Assembly (NCBI GenBank): GCA_943356415.1
Contig: CALREW010000002.1
Span: 128,325 to 192,324 of the forward strand
DNA length: 64,000 bases
DNA from: Candidatus Nomurabacteria bacterium
GTDB lineage: Bacteria > Patescibacteriota > Minisyncoccia > Phycocordibacterales > SBAW01
Direction: 5' to 3'
A model generated the notes under the pieces. It was not told where the DNA came from, ran no database searches, and worked only from the letters and a program-made list of their open reading frames with translations. This document shows positions 38,155 to 49,004 of the stretch, piece after piece (the first letter of the stretch is position 1; every line of letters starts with the position of its first letter). The position numbers were made by a program, and so were the translations under genes.

Positions 38155-38832
38155 TTATTTAGCAGTCGAGCCCTTCTCCTTCTCAGGGAAGATATCGCCG
38201 CGGTAGAGCCAAACTTTGACGCCAATGACACCGTACGGGAGGTAGGCCTTCTCGCGAGCGTAGTCGATATCTGCACGGAATGTCTGTAGCGGGATGCGGC
38301 CACGCTTAAGCTCTTCAGTACGAGCCATGTCGCCACCGCCGAGGCGACCACCGAGAGCGATGCGCACACCTTTGACATCGCGGTTTGCGATTACTTTCTC
38401 AATCGTTTGCTTGAGAACGCGGCGAAACGGCATGCGCTTTTCGAGCGCTTCAGCAACCATGTAGGCCACAACCGCAGCATTACTCTCCGGTGAACGAATC
38501 TCTTCGATATCAAGCTTAATGTCTGTTGCCGGAAGCTTTTCCTTCTGCATGAGAGCGACGATCTTGTTGCGCAACTTGGTCGAGCCATCACCACCGCGGC
38601 CAATGATGATACCCGGGCGCGAAGTTTTGATGATGATGCGCAAGAGTTTTGCATTGCGCTCAAACTCGATGGCAGCTGCGTACATACCGCGAAGTTCCTT
38701 TACAAGCATCTGACGAATGAGGACGTCTGCCTTAAGGTTAGTGCGGTAATTTTTGTCCGTGGCAAACCAGCGAGACTTCCAGTCCCTGATGATGCCGAGG
38801 CGATGTGAATATGGATGGACTATTTTAGACAT
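38155..38832 (-). CDS. rpsC: 30S ribosomal protein S3
   Basis: HPYSHRLG, RPGIIIG, GRLGG, IPLQTFRADIDY, GVIGVKVW. Confidence 0.97.
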   Translation of the reverse strand: MSKIVHPYSHRLGIIRDWKSRWFATDKNYRTNLKADVLIRQMLVKELRGMYAAAIEFERNAKLLRIIIKTSRPGIIIGRGGDGSTKLRNKIVALMQKEKLPATDIKLDIEEIRSPESNAAVVAYMVAEALEKRMPFRRVLKQTIEKVIANRDVKGVRIALGGRLGGGDMARTEELKRGRIPLQTFRADIDYAREKAYLPYGVIGVKVWLYRGDIFPEKEKGSTAK

Positions 38833-38836
38833 AGGT

Positions 38837-39250
38837 TTATTTTGCCGCTTCTGCGGTTACCTGCTTCTTCGTCGCCTTTTTGGTAGCAACCTTCTTTGCC
38901 TTTGCGGGTTTAGAGCCTGCCGGGGCAGTGAGGGTGAGGGTGATATGACTTGAGCGCTTGAGGATCTGAGCTGCCGAGCCGCGGGCGCGAGGCATAAAAC
39001 GCTTGAGCACCGTGCCTTCATTGACCTCAATATGCGAAAGGATCATAGACTCAGGAGTTGATTCCCCCGCTTGCTTGGCGTTAGCAACTGCCGAGCGAAC
39101 AAGCTTCTCCATAGGGAGAGAGGCGCGCTTCGGAAGCGTGCTCAATGTTGCGATGGCTTCAGCTGCAGACTTGCCGCGAATAAGATCGGCAACGAGACGC
39201 ACTTTGCGGGGTGCTTGTCGGTAGTTACTGAGTTTAGCGGTAGTAGCCAT
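38837..39250 (-). CDS. rplV: 50S ribosomal protein L22
   Basis: PRKVRLVADLIRGK, SAVANA, PRARG, SHIT. Confidence 0.97.
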   Translation of the reverse strand: MATTAKLSNYRQAPRKVRLVADLIRGKSAAEAIATLSTLPKRASLPMEKLVRSAVANAKQAGESTPESMILSHIEVNEGTVLKRFMPRARGSAAQILKRSSHITLTLTAPAGSKPAKAKKVATKKATKKQVTAEAAK

Positions 39251-39256
39251 GGTGGT

Positions 39257-39604
39257 TTATTTCTTCGGTGCAGCAGCAGCTTCAGGTTTTGCAGCCTTGG
39301 CAGCAGCAATCTCAGACTCCTTCTTTTTGATCTCGAGCTCTTTCTGCATCTTTCCTCCGTGACGAACGAACTTCTTTGTAGGAGAGAATTCACCGAGGCG
39401 ATGACCCACCATATCTTCGGTAACCAACACTTCGATATGAGTCTTGCCGTTGTGTACGCCAAACTTGAAACCAACCATCTCAGGAGAAATCTGACTGCGG
39501 CGGTACCACGTGTTTATAACCCCAGTGGTCTGAGGCTTTTTACCCTCAATTTTCTTGAGGAGTTTTGGTTCAACGAAGGGTCCTTTAGTGAGTGAGCGTG
39601 CCAT
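39257..39604 (-). CDS. rpsS: 30S ribosomal protein S19
   Basis: [26 protein letters not shown]. Confidence 0.97.
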   Translation of the reverse strand: MARSLTKGPFVEPKLLKKIEGKKPQTTGVINTWYRRSQISPEMVGFKFGVHNGKTHIEVLVTEDMVGHRLGEFSPTKKFVRHGGKMQKELEIKKKESEIAAAKAAKPEAAAAPKK

Positions 39605-39687
39605 TGTTTTTTCTGTTTGCCCGAGCAGGTTTCGGTTTTTGTTTTGCTCTACGTGATCGAAGCTTTGAGCCCCAATCTCGTCGGCTT

Positions 39688-39748
39688 AAACAAAAACCCG
39701 CCCAAGCGGGAATGGACAGATACTACCTACCCCTCTCCCCAATTGCAA
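39688..39748 (-). promoter_or_regulatory. sigma70 promoter for the rpsS unit with proximal hairpin and U-tract
   Basis: TTGCAA-17-TAGTAT, then CCCGC-TTGG-GCGGG-TTTTTGTTT. Confidence 0.65.
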
Positions 39749-39758
39749 GGCTTTTCCA

Positions 39759-39798
39759 GATCAAAATGTTCGAGGCCCGGGCCTCGAACATTTTGATC
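39759..39798. repeat. REP-like perfect 40-bp palindrome downstream of RAYT
   Basis: GATCAAAATGTTCGAGGCCC|GGGCCTCGAACATTTTGATC. Confidence 0.9.
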
Positions 39799-39806
39799 GT
39801 CATTCA

Positions 39807-40490
39807 TCATAGTTCAACTGAACTGGTTGGAATCTTGTCCTCAAGTGTCTTGGCTGTACTACTGTTCACAAAATCCAAGTAATTACTCTGCTTAGTGCCA
39901 TCGAACTGACTAATGAGGATATCGCTAGAAAGGAGACTCCCCCACCGATTTTCTTCCACCATGTCTTGGAAAGAAGAATACGGATACGCAAGCTCGTAAC
40001 CTTTCCACTTTGCGAGCTCTCTCGGGTTGCGATGAATATAAGCCGAAAGATATAAGAGCTGGTCATTGTCCTGCACGTGCACATTCTTGTATCTGCTTTC
40101 AAAAAGGTGCCCCGCGGCTTTGTACTTTGTATTGAAATACATGGCATATCCCGTTGAAAGTCGTTGCATATAGGCGCTGATACCTCCTTCGGTAGTCTCT
40201 TTAAGCAAAAGGTGGAAATGATTGGGCATGATGCAAAATGCTACAAGCTCAATCAATTTATTTTTTTCGATGCTCTCCAATTGGCTCTTCGGTATCCGAA
40301 AACCCTCTTCGAGAGCTGCCGATTTCAAGTACCGACGGATATTCGGCAAAGCAACATCCGATTGGCAGTGGAGGATCAAAAAAAGGAAACGGAGCCAATC
40401 GTGCTCATCCTTAAAGAGATTCGCTTTATGCGCCCCGCGATTGAACACATGGTAATACTCTCCAAAAGAAATTTCTCGAGCTACCGTCAT
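39807..40490 (-). mobile_element. REP-associated tyrosine transposase (RAYT / Y1 HUH, IS200-like)
   Basis: YYHVFNRG, FCIMPNHFHLL (HUH), GHLFESRY, AYIHRNP (catalytic Tyr), YPYSS. Confidence 0.9.
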
Positions 40491-40508
40491 TCAACCGAGT
40501 TTAACATG

Positions 40509-40536
40509 TTTGTTCGAGGCCCGGGCCTCGAACAAA
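40509..40536. repeat. REP-like perfect 28-bp palindrome upstream of RAYT
   Basis: TTTGTTCGAGGCCC|GGGCCTCGAACAAA; 24-bp core identical to 39767-39790. Confidence 0.9.
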
Positions 40537-40661
40537 AACTTCTTTGGCAAATGCTTATGAATATTTAAGAGCAAAAAGCCGAACGGGGCGCCAGATGGCG
40601 CCCCGTGGGGGTGGAGGATGGTTGGAGTTTCGTGAAGTCGAACGTCGCTTGTCGGGCGAGG

Positions 40662-41273
40662 TTACTTCTTCTTGCCGGCGGCCTTCTTGGCCTTCGGCAT
40701 GACGAACTTCGGCGGCGCGACCGGCACATTGTCGCTCTGGTGGGTGACGTAGCGATGCAGCGCATCGCGGACGTTCGGCCTGTAGAGACCGACCATCGAG
40801 GCAGCCAGCAGTGCCGCGTTAGCGGCGGCACCCATGCCAACCGTTGCGACGGGCACGCCGGGCGGCATCTGGACGATGGAGAGCAATGCATCCATCCCAT
40901 CGAGACCCGTCTTCGGCGGATTGCCGATGATGGGAACCCCGATGACCGGGATGCTCGGCGCGTGGGCCTTCATCATGCCGGGCAGATGTGCGGCACCGCC
41001 GGCACCAGCGATGATGATGCGGTTGCTGATGTTGGCCCGGTGTGCGAGGAACTCCACGCGGCGTGGGGTCCGATGCGCCGACGTGATGAACGTCTGATAG
41101 GTGACGCTGAGTTCGACGAGGACGCGGACGCAGTCCCACATGCCACCTGCGATGCCCTCACGCCAGTCGCTGATGGAGCCCATCGCGACGAGGACGTCGA
41201 CCTTCTTCAGTTCCTTCGCCCGCTTGACGAAGTCCGTCCACGTTTTCGGCTCATCTGGCATAAAGTCAGCCAT
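40662..41273 (-). CDS. purE: N5-CAIR mutase PurE
   Basis: MGSISDW, SAHRTP, IAGAGGAAHLPGM, PVIGVP, DALLSIVQMPPGVPVATV, NAALLA. Confidence 0.93.
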   Translation of the reverse strand: MADFMPDEPKTWTDFVKRAKELKKVDVLVAMGSISDWREGIAGGMWDCVRVLVELSVTYQTFITSAHRTPRRVEFLAHRANISNRIIIAGAGGAAHLPGMMKAHAPSIPVIGVPIIGNPPKTGLDGMDALLSIVQMPPGVPVATVGMGAAANAALLAASMVGLYRPNVRDALHRYVTHQSDNVPVAPPKFVMPKAKKAAGKKK

Positions 41274-41419
41274 GGCCTTTTACCTTTCCGCCCGAATGGG
41301 CTTATCTCAATGGTTGTACGCGCGGGGCAAATGCCCTACCGGAAGTCACTCTACTCAATAGCGTCTCGGGCGCAACAACAAACCACCCGCCATTCGGCGG
41401 GTGGTTTGTTTTGATTTCG

Positions 41420-42271
41420 TTAGTCTGCTTTGCGCTTCTTGCCGACGCGACGGCGAGAAACGATGAGGCGATTGGAGTATTTCTTCGGCGTGCGAGTCTT
41501 TTGACCCTTACCTGCAGGGCGTCCCCACATGGTGACAAGGCGGCGACGTCCGCGACCTTGGCGTCCTTCACCACCGCCGTATGGGTGGTCAACTGGGTTC
41601 ATGGCAGTACCTCGAACGGTCGGACGGATACCTTTCCAGCGACTGCGTCCTGCTTTACCGAAGTTAACAAGGTGATGTTCAGGATTTGAAACTTCGCCGA
41701 TAGTGGCAAAGCACGTCTCGAGAACTTTGCGCACTTCAGTCGACGGCATCTTGAGGTCAACATAGCCTCCGTCGCGAGCGATAACTTCGATGTGGGTACC
41801 TGCGGAGCGACCAAGTTTGCCACCGTTGCCTGGCTTTATCTCGACGTTGTATACGAAAGTACCAACGGGAACATTCTTGAGCGGCATTGCATTGCCTGGT
41901 ACTGGCTTTGCGTCAGGACCACAAACAATCTCTGCGCCGGCCTTTACTGACTGAGGAAGAAGGCGGTAGCGACGAGAACCATCCTTGTAGACAACGACAC
42001 CAACGAAACCTGAGCGGTTTGGATCGTATTCAATAGTCTCAACACGACCAGGGACACCCACTTTATCGTAATGAGAAGTAACCTCACGGAAGAGACGCTT
42101 GGCACCGCCTCCTTTGTGACGCACGGTTATGCGGCCGACATTGTTACGACCAACACCACGCTTAAACCCAGAGGTGAGTGGCTTGTACGGATCGGTCGTG
42201 GTCAACTCCTTGCGGAAGTTGATGCCAGTCATGCCGCGGCGTGATTTTGTGTATGGCTTATACGTTTTCAT
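41420..42271 (-). CDS. rplB: 50S ribosomal protein L2
   Basis: GRITVRHKGGG, IEYDPNRS, RPTVRGTAMNPVDHPYGGGEG. Confidence 0.98.
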   Translation of the reverse strand: MKTYKPYTKSRRGMTGINFRKELTTTDPYKPLTSGFKRGVGRNNVGRITVRHKGGGAKRLFREVTSHYDKVGVPGRVETIEYDPNRSGFVGVVVYKDGSRRYRLLPQSVKAGAEIVCGPDAKPVPGNAMPLKNVPVGTFVYNVEIKPGNGGKLGRSAGTHIEVIARDGGYVDLKMPSTEVRKVLETCFATIGEVSNPEHHLVNFGKAGRSRWKGIRPTVRGTAMNPVDHPYGGGEGRQGRGRRRLVTMWGRPAGKGQKTRTPKKYSNRLIVSRRRVGKKRKAD

Positions 42272-42276
42272 ATCGG

Positions 42277-42663
42277 TTATGCAATCTCAATCTTATCTCC
42301 CTTGTTGAGGTAGACGTAGGCCTTCTTTCCACGATTGGTGTAGCCGTCTTTCTGAGTTTGGCGAGTTTTTACGCGCACGGCAGGGATGCTGGTCACGCGG
42401 ATTTTGCGTGGAGTCACTTTGAAGAGCTCGATGATAGCATTGCGAACCATCGGCTTCGTGGTCGTGCGGGCGATGTTGAACACATAGACGCCGTGGTCAG
42501 TGCCGATGGCAGCCTTCTCAGTGATGCGAGGAGCTTTAAGAAGGTGCGAGAACTGAGCCTTACCTGAAGAGACTGCGCGGGGTGCTACAACCTTCTTCTC
42601 AGCAGCTTCTGCTGCAGGAGCGGCTTTCGTTTCAGTATTCTTTTTTCGATTGAAAATAGCCAT
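42277..42663 (-). CDS. rplW: 50S ribosomal protein L23
   Basis: PRITEKA, YVF, KKAYVYL; N-terminal extension. Confidence 0.93.
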   Translation of the reverse strand: MAIFNRKKNTETKAAPAAEAAEKKVVAPRAVSSGKAQFSHLLKAPRITEKAAIGTDHGVYVFNIARTTTKPMVRNAIIELFKVTPRKIRVTSIPAVRVKTRQTQKDGYTNRGKKAYVYLNKGDKIEIA

Positions 42664-42669
42664 GGTGGT

Positions 42670-43422
42670 TTATGCGTTCGCGCGCTTTACGAGTGCTTCG
42701 ATAGTTTCTTTCGGGGAAACCATAACGAGGTACTTCGAGGTGAGGAGCGCGACTGGATTGAGGTTGGCGGCGTCGATAACTTCAACGTTTCCGAAGTTTC
42801 CGAAACTCTTGCGAACCGGCACATCAAACGTCGGCGTTGAAACAAGTGCGGCATTTGAGCGCTTGGTTGCGAGCGCCTCAAATCCTTTCACCTTCGAGAG
42901 ACCTGAGAGAATGGACTTCGCCATCGATGCTTTAGGTGCAGTAATGCCGAGCGATTCGACAAAGATAACTTCTCCGTCGCGAAGTTTGCGCGAGAGTGTC
43001 ACGAAGAGTGCCTTGCGGCGCATCGAACGGTTGATTTTCTTCTCGTATGACTTCTCGTTGCGAGGACCGTGCGTAACACCTCCACCTACCCAGATAGGAG
43101 AGCGAGAAGAACCATGACGTGCGCGACCAGTTCCCTTCTGCTTCCACGGCTTGCGTCCACCACCGCGCACTTCTGAACGGTCTTTCGTGTGTGCAATCGG
43201 GTTGCGGGCATTTGCCTGCATCGAGGTAACCACTTGGTGCACCATGTCAGAGTTCCAGGAGAGGCCAAAGAGTTCTGCGGGCAACTCGATTGAACCAACG
43301 GACTTGCCTTTGATGTCATAGATATCAGCCGAGAGAGCCGCACCAACGGTCTTCTTTTCTTTGCGAGGTGCAACCTTCTTCGGTGCAGCTGCTTTTTTTG
43401 TTGTAGTAGTTTTCGTAGCCAT
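42670..43422 (-). CDS. rplD: 50S ribosomal protein L4
   Basis: TKDRSEVRGGGRKPWKQKGTGRARHGS, GGGVTHGP. Confidence 0.97.
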   Translation of the reverse strand: MATKTTTTKKAAAPKKVAPRKEKKTVGAALSADIYDIKGKSVGSIELPAELFGLSWNSDMVHQVVTSMQANARNPIAHTKDRSEVRGGGRKPWKQKGTGRARHGSSRSPIWVGGGVTHGPRNEKSYEKKINRSMRRKALFVTLSRKLRDGEVIFVESLGITAPKASMAKSILSGLSKVKGFEALATKRSNAALVSTPTFDVPVRKSFGNFGNVEVIDAANLNPVALLTSKYLVMVSPKETIEALVKRANA

Positions 43423-43431
43423 AAAAATGTA

Positions 43432-44079
43432 TTAGCCCACTATCTCAACAAGCGTCCCGCGACGGCCTGGGACTGCACCTGCAATGACGAGCTCGCCGGT
43501 TTCCGGAAGTACTTGGAGAACCTGGAGGCCTTTGACCGTAATGCGATCGCCACCCATGCGACCAGCCATGCGCATATCCTTGACGACACGACCGCCTGCG
43601 CGACCACCGCCACCGATGGAACCCGGCTCACGCTCAGAGTGTTTCTGACCGTGCGTGCGGCGACCTCCAGCAAAACCGTGGCGCTTCACAACACCTTGGA
43701 AACCCTTACCCTTTGAAGTTGCAGAGACTGCAACCATATCGCCCGGAGCGAATACTGAAATATCGTATGTAGAACCAACCTCCGCGCCAGAAATATCAGC
43801 GACTTTGAGTTTCTCTCCACCAATAAAACCCGACGCGCTACGCACTTCGCGGTACACGCGATATCCCTTACCTTTGCCGTGACCTATTTGTGCCTTGTTT
43901 ACTTTGCGCTCAGGAAGCTCTTCGTTTGCAACTTGCACTGCTGCATAGCCGTCCTTCTCTTTAGTCTTTATCTGCGTAACAACCATTGGGGATGCAACGA
44001 GAATCGTTGCAGCATAGGCACGACCGTCCTCTGAGAAGACGGTGGTCATGTTGCGTTTGGTTGCGAGGATGTATTTCAT
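43432..44079 (-). CDS. rplC: 50S ribosomal protein L3
   Basis: DGYAAVQ, SKGKGFQGVVKRHGF, PGSIG, MAGRMG; start ATG 44079. Confidence 0.97.
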   Translation of the reverse strand: MKYILATKRNMTTVFSEDGRAYAATILVASPMVVTQIKTKEKDGYAAVQVANEELPERKVNKAQIGHGKGKGYRVYREVRSASGFIGGEKLKVADISGAEVGSTYDISVFAPGDMVAVSATSKGKGFQGVVKRHGFAGGRRTHGQKHSEREPGSIGGGGRAGGRVVKDMRMAGRMGGDRITVKGLQVLQVLPETGELVIAGAVPGRRGTLVEIVG

Positions 44080-44210
44080 GGAAATAAAAAACGCGCCCGA
44101 ATGGCGCAACTCCTCAAGAGGAGTTCGTGCCATTGGTCCCCCGCTTGGGGACGTAGCCATCTCAATCTGAGATGCAGGGAGACTATACATGGGCAAGCTT
44201 TTTGGTGCAA
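44080..44210 (-). promoter_or_regulatory. rplC promoter and structured leader
   Basis: TTGCAC-17-TATAGT; several hairpins ending in GCGCC-ATTC-GGGCGC-GTTTTTT before ATG. Confidence 0.6.
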
Positions 44211-44214
44211 GCAC

Positions 44215-44251
44215 AAATCAAAGACCCGGCTTTTGGCCGGGTCTTTGATTT
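44215..44251 (-). terminator. terminator separating rpsJ from rplC
   Basis: 16-bp stem AAATCAAAGACCCGGC / GCCGGGTCTTTGATTT. Confidence 0.8.
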
Positions 44252-44268
44252 AAATTCTTGGGATTTCT

Positions 44269-44643
44269 TTACGCGCCCATTTTGACGTCAATCGTGACGC
44301 CTGAAGGGAGCGAGAGGTTAGTGAGTGCCTCGATAACCTTCGGAGACGGATCAAGTATCTCAATCAATCGCTTGTGTACGCGCATCTCGAACTGTTCTCG
44401 CGCGTCCTTGTAGATGAACGTAGAGCGGTTGACCGTGTACTTCTTGATTTCCGTCGGAAGTGGCACCGGACCAACGACCTTTGCGTCATAGCGAAGCGCA
44501 GTGTCGATGATCTGTCGCACTGAGGCGTCGAGCACCTTGTGCTCGTACGCGCGCACGCGGATGCGTAGACGCTCAGGCGTGTCCGCCTTTGCGGCTTTAC
44601 CGGTGCGGCGCTTTGCGGGCTTCTCTTGTGCGGTAGATGCCAT
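44269..44643 (-). CDS. rpsJ: 30S ribosomal protein S10
   Basis: LRIRVRAYEH, GPVPLPT, REQFEMRVHKRLI. Confidence 0.97.
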   Translation of the reverse strand: MASTAQEKPAKRRTGKAAKADTPERLRIRVRAYEHKVLDASVRQIIDTALRYDAKVVGPVPLPTEIKKYTVNRSTFIYKDAREQFEMRVHKRLIEILDPSPKVIEALTNLSLPSGVTIDVKMGA

Positions 44644-44651
44644 AGAGGTGC

Positions 44652-45842
44652 TTACGCGATGATCTTAGTTACCACACCGGCACCGACCGTCTTACCACCT
44701 TCGCGAACTGCGAAGCGAGTCTGATCTTCAAGTGCAACCGGTGCAACAAGCTTCACTTTGAATGTGATCGTGTCACCCGGCATAACCATCTCAGTGCCTG
44801 ACGGCAACGTTACGTCGCCAGTTACGTCAGTGGTGCGGATGTAGAACTGCGGCTTGTAGCCAGAGAAGAACGGGGTGTGGCGACCACCTTCATCCTTGTT
44901 GAGGATGTAGACTTCTGCCTCAAACTCCGTGTGCGGAGTAACTGAACCCGGCTTCACAATGACCTGACCGCGGTGGATGTCTTCCTTTTTGACACCACGA
45001 ACGAGGATACCGGCGTTGTCGCCTGCGAGACCCTCATCGAGCTGCTTGTTGAACATTTCGATACCGGTGATGGTCGTCTTAACCGTGTCTTTAAGACCGA
45101 CGATTTCAACTTCCTCACCTACCTTGATGCGACCGCGCTCAATGCGGCCAGTAACCACGGTTCCGCGGCCTTCAATCGAGAAGATGTCTTCGACTGGCAT
45201 AAGGAATGGCTTGTCGAGTTCGCGAGCCGGCATCGGGATGTACTCATCGAGTGCCTTGGTGAGCTCAAGAACCTTCTGTGCCCACGGATCATCGAGGCTT
45301 GTTGCCTCAAGTGCCTTGAGACCGGAGCCCTTGATAACCGGAGCATTGTCGCCGTCATAGCCCTGCTTCGTGAGAAGTTCACGAACTTCCTGCTCAACGA
45401 GGTCAACCATGTCTTGGTCATCAACCATGTCTACCTTGTTGAGGAAGACAATGATCTTCGGGACACCGACTTGCTTGGCAAGAAGGATGTGTTCGCGCGT
45501 CTGAGGCATTGCGCCGTCAGTTGCAGCAACCACGAGGATAGCGCCGTCCATCTGGGCTGCGCCGGTGATCATGTTCTTGATGTAGTCCGCGTGGCCAGGA
45601 GCGTCGATGTGCGCGTAGTGGCGGTTAGCGGTTTCGTACTCGTTGTGCGAGAGCGAAATAGTAATACCGCGCGCCTTTTCTTCAGGCGCGTTGTCAATCT
45701 CATCAACCTTCTTCATCTTCACCGTGTTACCGGCAAGATTGAGGACGTTGAGGATCGCTGCCGTGAGCGTGGTCTTTCCATGGTCGACGTGACCGATGGT
45801 GCCGACGTTCACATGGGGCTTCGAACGATCGAAGGATGCCAT
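44652..45842 (-). CDS. tuf: elongation factor Tu
   Basis: [36 protein letters not shown]. Confidence 0.99.
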   Translation of the reverse strand: MASFDRSKPHVNVGTIGHVDHGKTTLTAAILNVLNLAGNTVKMKKVDEIDNAPEEKARGITISLSHNEYETANRHYAHIDAPGHADYIKNMITGAAQMDGAILVVAATDGAMPQTREHILLAKQVGVPKIIVFLNKVDMVDDQDMVDLVEQEVRELLTKQGYDGDNAPVIKGSGLKALEATSLDDPWAQKVLELTKALDEYIPMPARELDKPFLMPVEDIFSIEGRGTVVTGRIERGRIKVGEEVEIVGLKDTVKTTITGIEMFNKQLDEGLAGDNAGILVRGVKKEDIHRGQVIVKPGSVTPHTEFEAEVYILNKDEGGRHTPFFSGYKPQFYIRTTDVTGDVTLPSGTEMVMPGDTITFKVKLVAPVALEDQTRFAVREGGKTVGAGVVTKIIA

Positions 45843-46088
45843 ATGTATTTGGTCCTGTGTCTAGATGTGCGGGATGCTGGAACCTCAGGAGTGCGCGAGA
45901 ACGCTTTCTCTTGAGGGCTCGGCAACCCGTGCCTGATAAATGTGCTCCGGACGCTCAACTGAGCGCACCGGAACATGAAAACCACACGCAATATGCGTTA
46001 CGCACAAAGGTAACAGAGGGAGCCATAAGAATCAACCCTTAACGCATCGCGGGCCGCCCAAAAGTGAGGGCGGCCCGTCGTTGAACGG

Positions 46089-46589
46089 TCATGCCACGCC
46101 GGCAACTGCGGCGAGTCCAAGCTCAATGAACTGGCTATCCGGCTGCCGCCCGCTTCGAGCGGCATACAGGAGCGCCAAGATCATGTCAGCCATGCCGATG
46201 AACTGAGCCAGACGTTGCATGCACGCATCATCATCTGGCAGCGGCATCACCGCGAAGGTCCACTCAAGAAAACTCCCTGCCGGGGTCTCCTTGATAGAAA
46301 ACCCGCAGTGATACCCATCGAGCTTGCTGAAGTAGTCCGCGAGGCCGTCTCGCCAAGTCGCGAGATGTACGAGCTGTGGCCTGTCGAATGGGCACGCTTC
46401 GAATTTGAATTCCTTGCTGAGCCAGCCGTCTTCATCACTCCACGAACAATGGAGATAATGTGCGACATGCTTCGGGAAGTGGATTGACGGCACGCACAAG
46501 CGCGCCATATCCTCTTTCCGCTCAACAAGAGTATTCCTATCGAAGCGCTTCTGAAGAAGCCAGGTAAAAAGGTCGAGCGGTGTCGTCAC
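46089..46589 (-). CDS. hypothetical protein, YbjN-domain-like, inserted between fusA and tuf
   Basis: GGGGGA SD before GTG 46589; PLD.. N-terminus and ..SGRQP..AVAGVA C-terminus resemble alphaproteobacterial YbjN proteins (from memory). Confidence 0.5.
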   Translation of the reverse strand: MTTPLDLFTWLLQKRFDRNTLVERKEDMARLCVPSIHFPKHVAHYLHCSWSDEDGWLSKEFKFEACPFDRPQLVHLATWRDGLADYFSKLDGYHCGFSIKETPAGSFLEWTFAVMPLPDDDACMQRLAQFIGMADMILALLYAARSGRQPDSQFIELGLAAVAGVA

Positions 46590-46694
46590 GGCGATATCCC
46601 CCGCAAATTGTTGAGTCTCCTTCTCAATTGAACCACTTCTTCGCAAAACGAAAAGACCCCTCTCGGGGCCGTTTCGCACACTTCACTTTTTGTA

Positions 46695-48860
46695 TTAGGA
46701 GATGCGGGATGGGGCGCCACCGCGAGCGTCGATAATCGTCTTCGCCACGTTTGGTGGAACGATGTCGTAGCGATCAAACTCCATGGTGAAGCCGGCGCGA
46801 CCTTCTGTCATAGAACGCAAGGAGGTCATGTAGCCGAACATTTCAGAGAGCGGGACTTTCGCGACGAGCACTTTGTTCATGCCGCGATCCGTCATACTCT
46901 CGATCTGTCCGCGCTTTGAGTTCATTGAGCCAGCAACGTCACCCATGAATTTCTCTGGCGTGACGATTTCCACTTTCATAATCGGTTCGAGAATGACTGG
47001 CTTTGCGCGAGCTGCTGCTTCCTGGAATGCCATCGAGCCTGCAATTTTGAATGCGATTTCAGAGGAGTCCACATCGTGGTAGGAACCGTCGTAGAGTTCG
47101 ACTGAAATATCCACCATCTTGTAGCCAGCAACAATGCCGCGCTCCATAGCTTCGACGATACCCTTCTCAACAGCAGGGATGAATTCTTGCGGAATAACAC
47201 CTCCCTTGATGTTGTTGATGAACTCGAAGTGCGCTTCGCGCGTGATGTTCTTTGCGATTTTCTTTTCAGGATCAATCGCTTCAAGCGGCTTCATGCGTAT
47301 CTTCGCGTGTCCGTACTGACCACGACCACCCGTCTGCTTGATGTACTTAGCATCAGCCTCGCTTGAGCTCGTGATGGTCTCGCGGTACGCGACTTGCGGC
47401 TTGCCCACATTTGCTTCAACAGAGAACTCGCGCTTCATGCGGTCAACAAGAATCTCGAGGTGAAGCTCACCCATGCCTGCGATAAGGGTCTCGCCTGTTT
47501 CGGGATCAGAGGTAACGCGGAACGTTGGGTCTTCGTCGGAAAGTTTTTTGAGTGCCATACCCATTTTCTCTTGGTCAGCCTTGGTCTTTGGCTCGATGCG
47601 CATCGAGATAACCGGTTCAGGGAACTTAATCTGCTCGAGGATTATTGGGTTTGCTTCATCGCAGAGCGTGTGCGACGTTTTGGTCTCTTTAATACCTACC
47701 GCTGCAGCAATTTCTCCGGCAAAGACTTTCTTTACCTCTTCGCGGTCATTTGCCTGGAGGCGCACGATGCGGCCGAGGCGCTCTTTGTTCCCTGTGGTCG
47801 AGTTATAGATGTAGGAACCTGACTCGATGGTTCCGGAGTAGACACGGAAGAACGTCAGTTGGCCGACGAATGGGTCAGTTTGCAGTTTGAAGGCAAGCGC
47901 AGTGAACGGTTCGCTGTCAGATGCATGGCGTTCTATTTCCTCACCGGTGCGTGGGTCGATGCCTTTGACTGCCGGCATATCAAGCGGACTCGGGAGGTAA
48001 TCAACAACCGCATCAAGTACCAACTGCACACCTTTGTTTTTGAGAGCGGAACCGCAGTAAACCGGAAAGATTTTGTTTGCAATGACTGCCTTGCGAAGGA
48101 TTGATTTGAGGCGAGCCATATCCATCTCCTTTCCTTCAAGGTATTCATTCATCGCCTCATCGTCGTTCTCAACGATTTTTTCAACCATTTCAGCGCGATA
48201 TTTCTTGGCTTCATCCATCATGTCCGCAGGAATTTCCATTTCAACAACCGACTTACCCATGTCGCCTTCAAACTTGTAGGCCTTCATTTTCATAAGGTCC
48301 ACAATGCCCGAGAAGTTTTCTTCAAGGCCGATCGGAAGCTGCATGCGCACGGCACGCTTGTTGAGACGATCGAGAATGGACTGGTATGAGCGCTCGAATG
48401 AGGCGCCCATGCGATCTAGTTTGTTGATGAGACAGACGCGCGGAACATTGGCCTCGTCAGCGTAGCGCCAGTTTGTTTCCGACTGTGGCTCTACTCCTGC
48501 GACACCGTCAAAGACGACGATAGCGCCATCGAGCACACGCATCGAGCGCTTCACCTCTACGGTAAAGTCGATGTGCCCTGGGGTGTCGATGATATTGAAG
48601 CGATGCTTCTGTGACTTATCAGCCTGATCCACGTCGCTCTTAGTCCAGAAACAAGTAATAGCAGCGGCGGTGATGGTGATACCGCGTTCGCGTTCCTGTT
48701 CCATCCAGTCCGTCGTCGTCTCACCGTCGTGCACCTCGCCTATTTTGTGACTCTCTCCGGTGTAGTAGAGGATGCGTTCAGACGTGGTCGTCTTACCTGC
48801 ATCGATATGAGCGATGATTCCAAAATTGCGTACTTTCTCTAGGGGGTAGTCTCGGTCCAT
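46695..48860 (-). CDS. fusA: elongation factor G
   Basis: [38 protein letters not shown]; start ATG 48860. Confidence 0.99.
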   Translation of the reverse strand: MDRDYPLEKVRNFGIIAHIDAGKTTTSERILYYTGESHKIGEVHDGETTTDWMEQERERGITITAAAITCFWTKSDVDQADKSQKHRFNIIDTPGHIDFTVEVKRSMRVLDGAIVVFDGVAGVEPQSETNWRYADEANVPRVCLINKLDRMGASFERSYQSILDRLNKRAVRMQLPIGLEENFSGIVDLMKMKAYKFEGDMGKSVVEMEIPADMMDEAKKYRAEMVEKIVENDDEAMNEYLEGKEMDMARLKSILRKAVIANKIFPVYCGSALKNKGVQLVLDAVVDYLPSPLDMPAVKGIDPRTGEEIERHASDSEPFTALAFKLQTDPFVGQLTFFRVYSGTIESGSYIYNSTTGNKERLGRIVRLQANDREEVKKVFAGEIAAAVGIKETKTSHTLCDEANPIILEQIKFPEPVISMRIEPKTKADQEKMGMALKKLSDEDPTFRVTSDPETGETLIAGMGELHLEILVDRMKREFSVEANVGKPQVAYRETITSSSEADAKYIKQTGGRGQYGHAKIRMKPLEAIDPEKKIAKNITREAHFEFINNIKGGVIPQEFIPAVEKGIVEAMERGIVAGYKMVDISVELYDGSYHDVDSSEIAFKIAGSMAFQEAAARAKPVILEPIMKVEIVTPEKFMGDVAGSMNSKRGQIESMTDRGMNKVLVAKVPLSEMFGYMTSLRSMTEGRAGFTMEFDRYDIVPPNVAKTIIDARGGAPSRIS

Positions 48861-49004
48861 AGGTTGGTGAAAAATAAAAAAGCCCTGAACGTGCTTTGGA
48901 GACAATCTAACACACCGCTTCTAAAAAGAAAGCGGGCCTGCCATTCCCCGAAGGGAGCGGCAGGCCCGATGTTCGGCGGCTGTTTCAGCCGCGAAGGTCT
49001 GACA

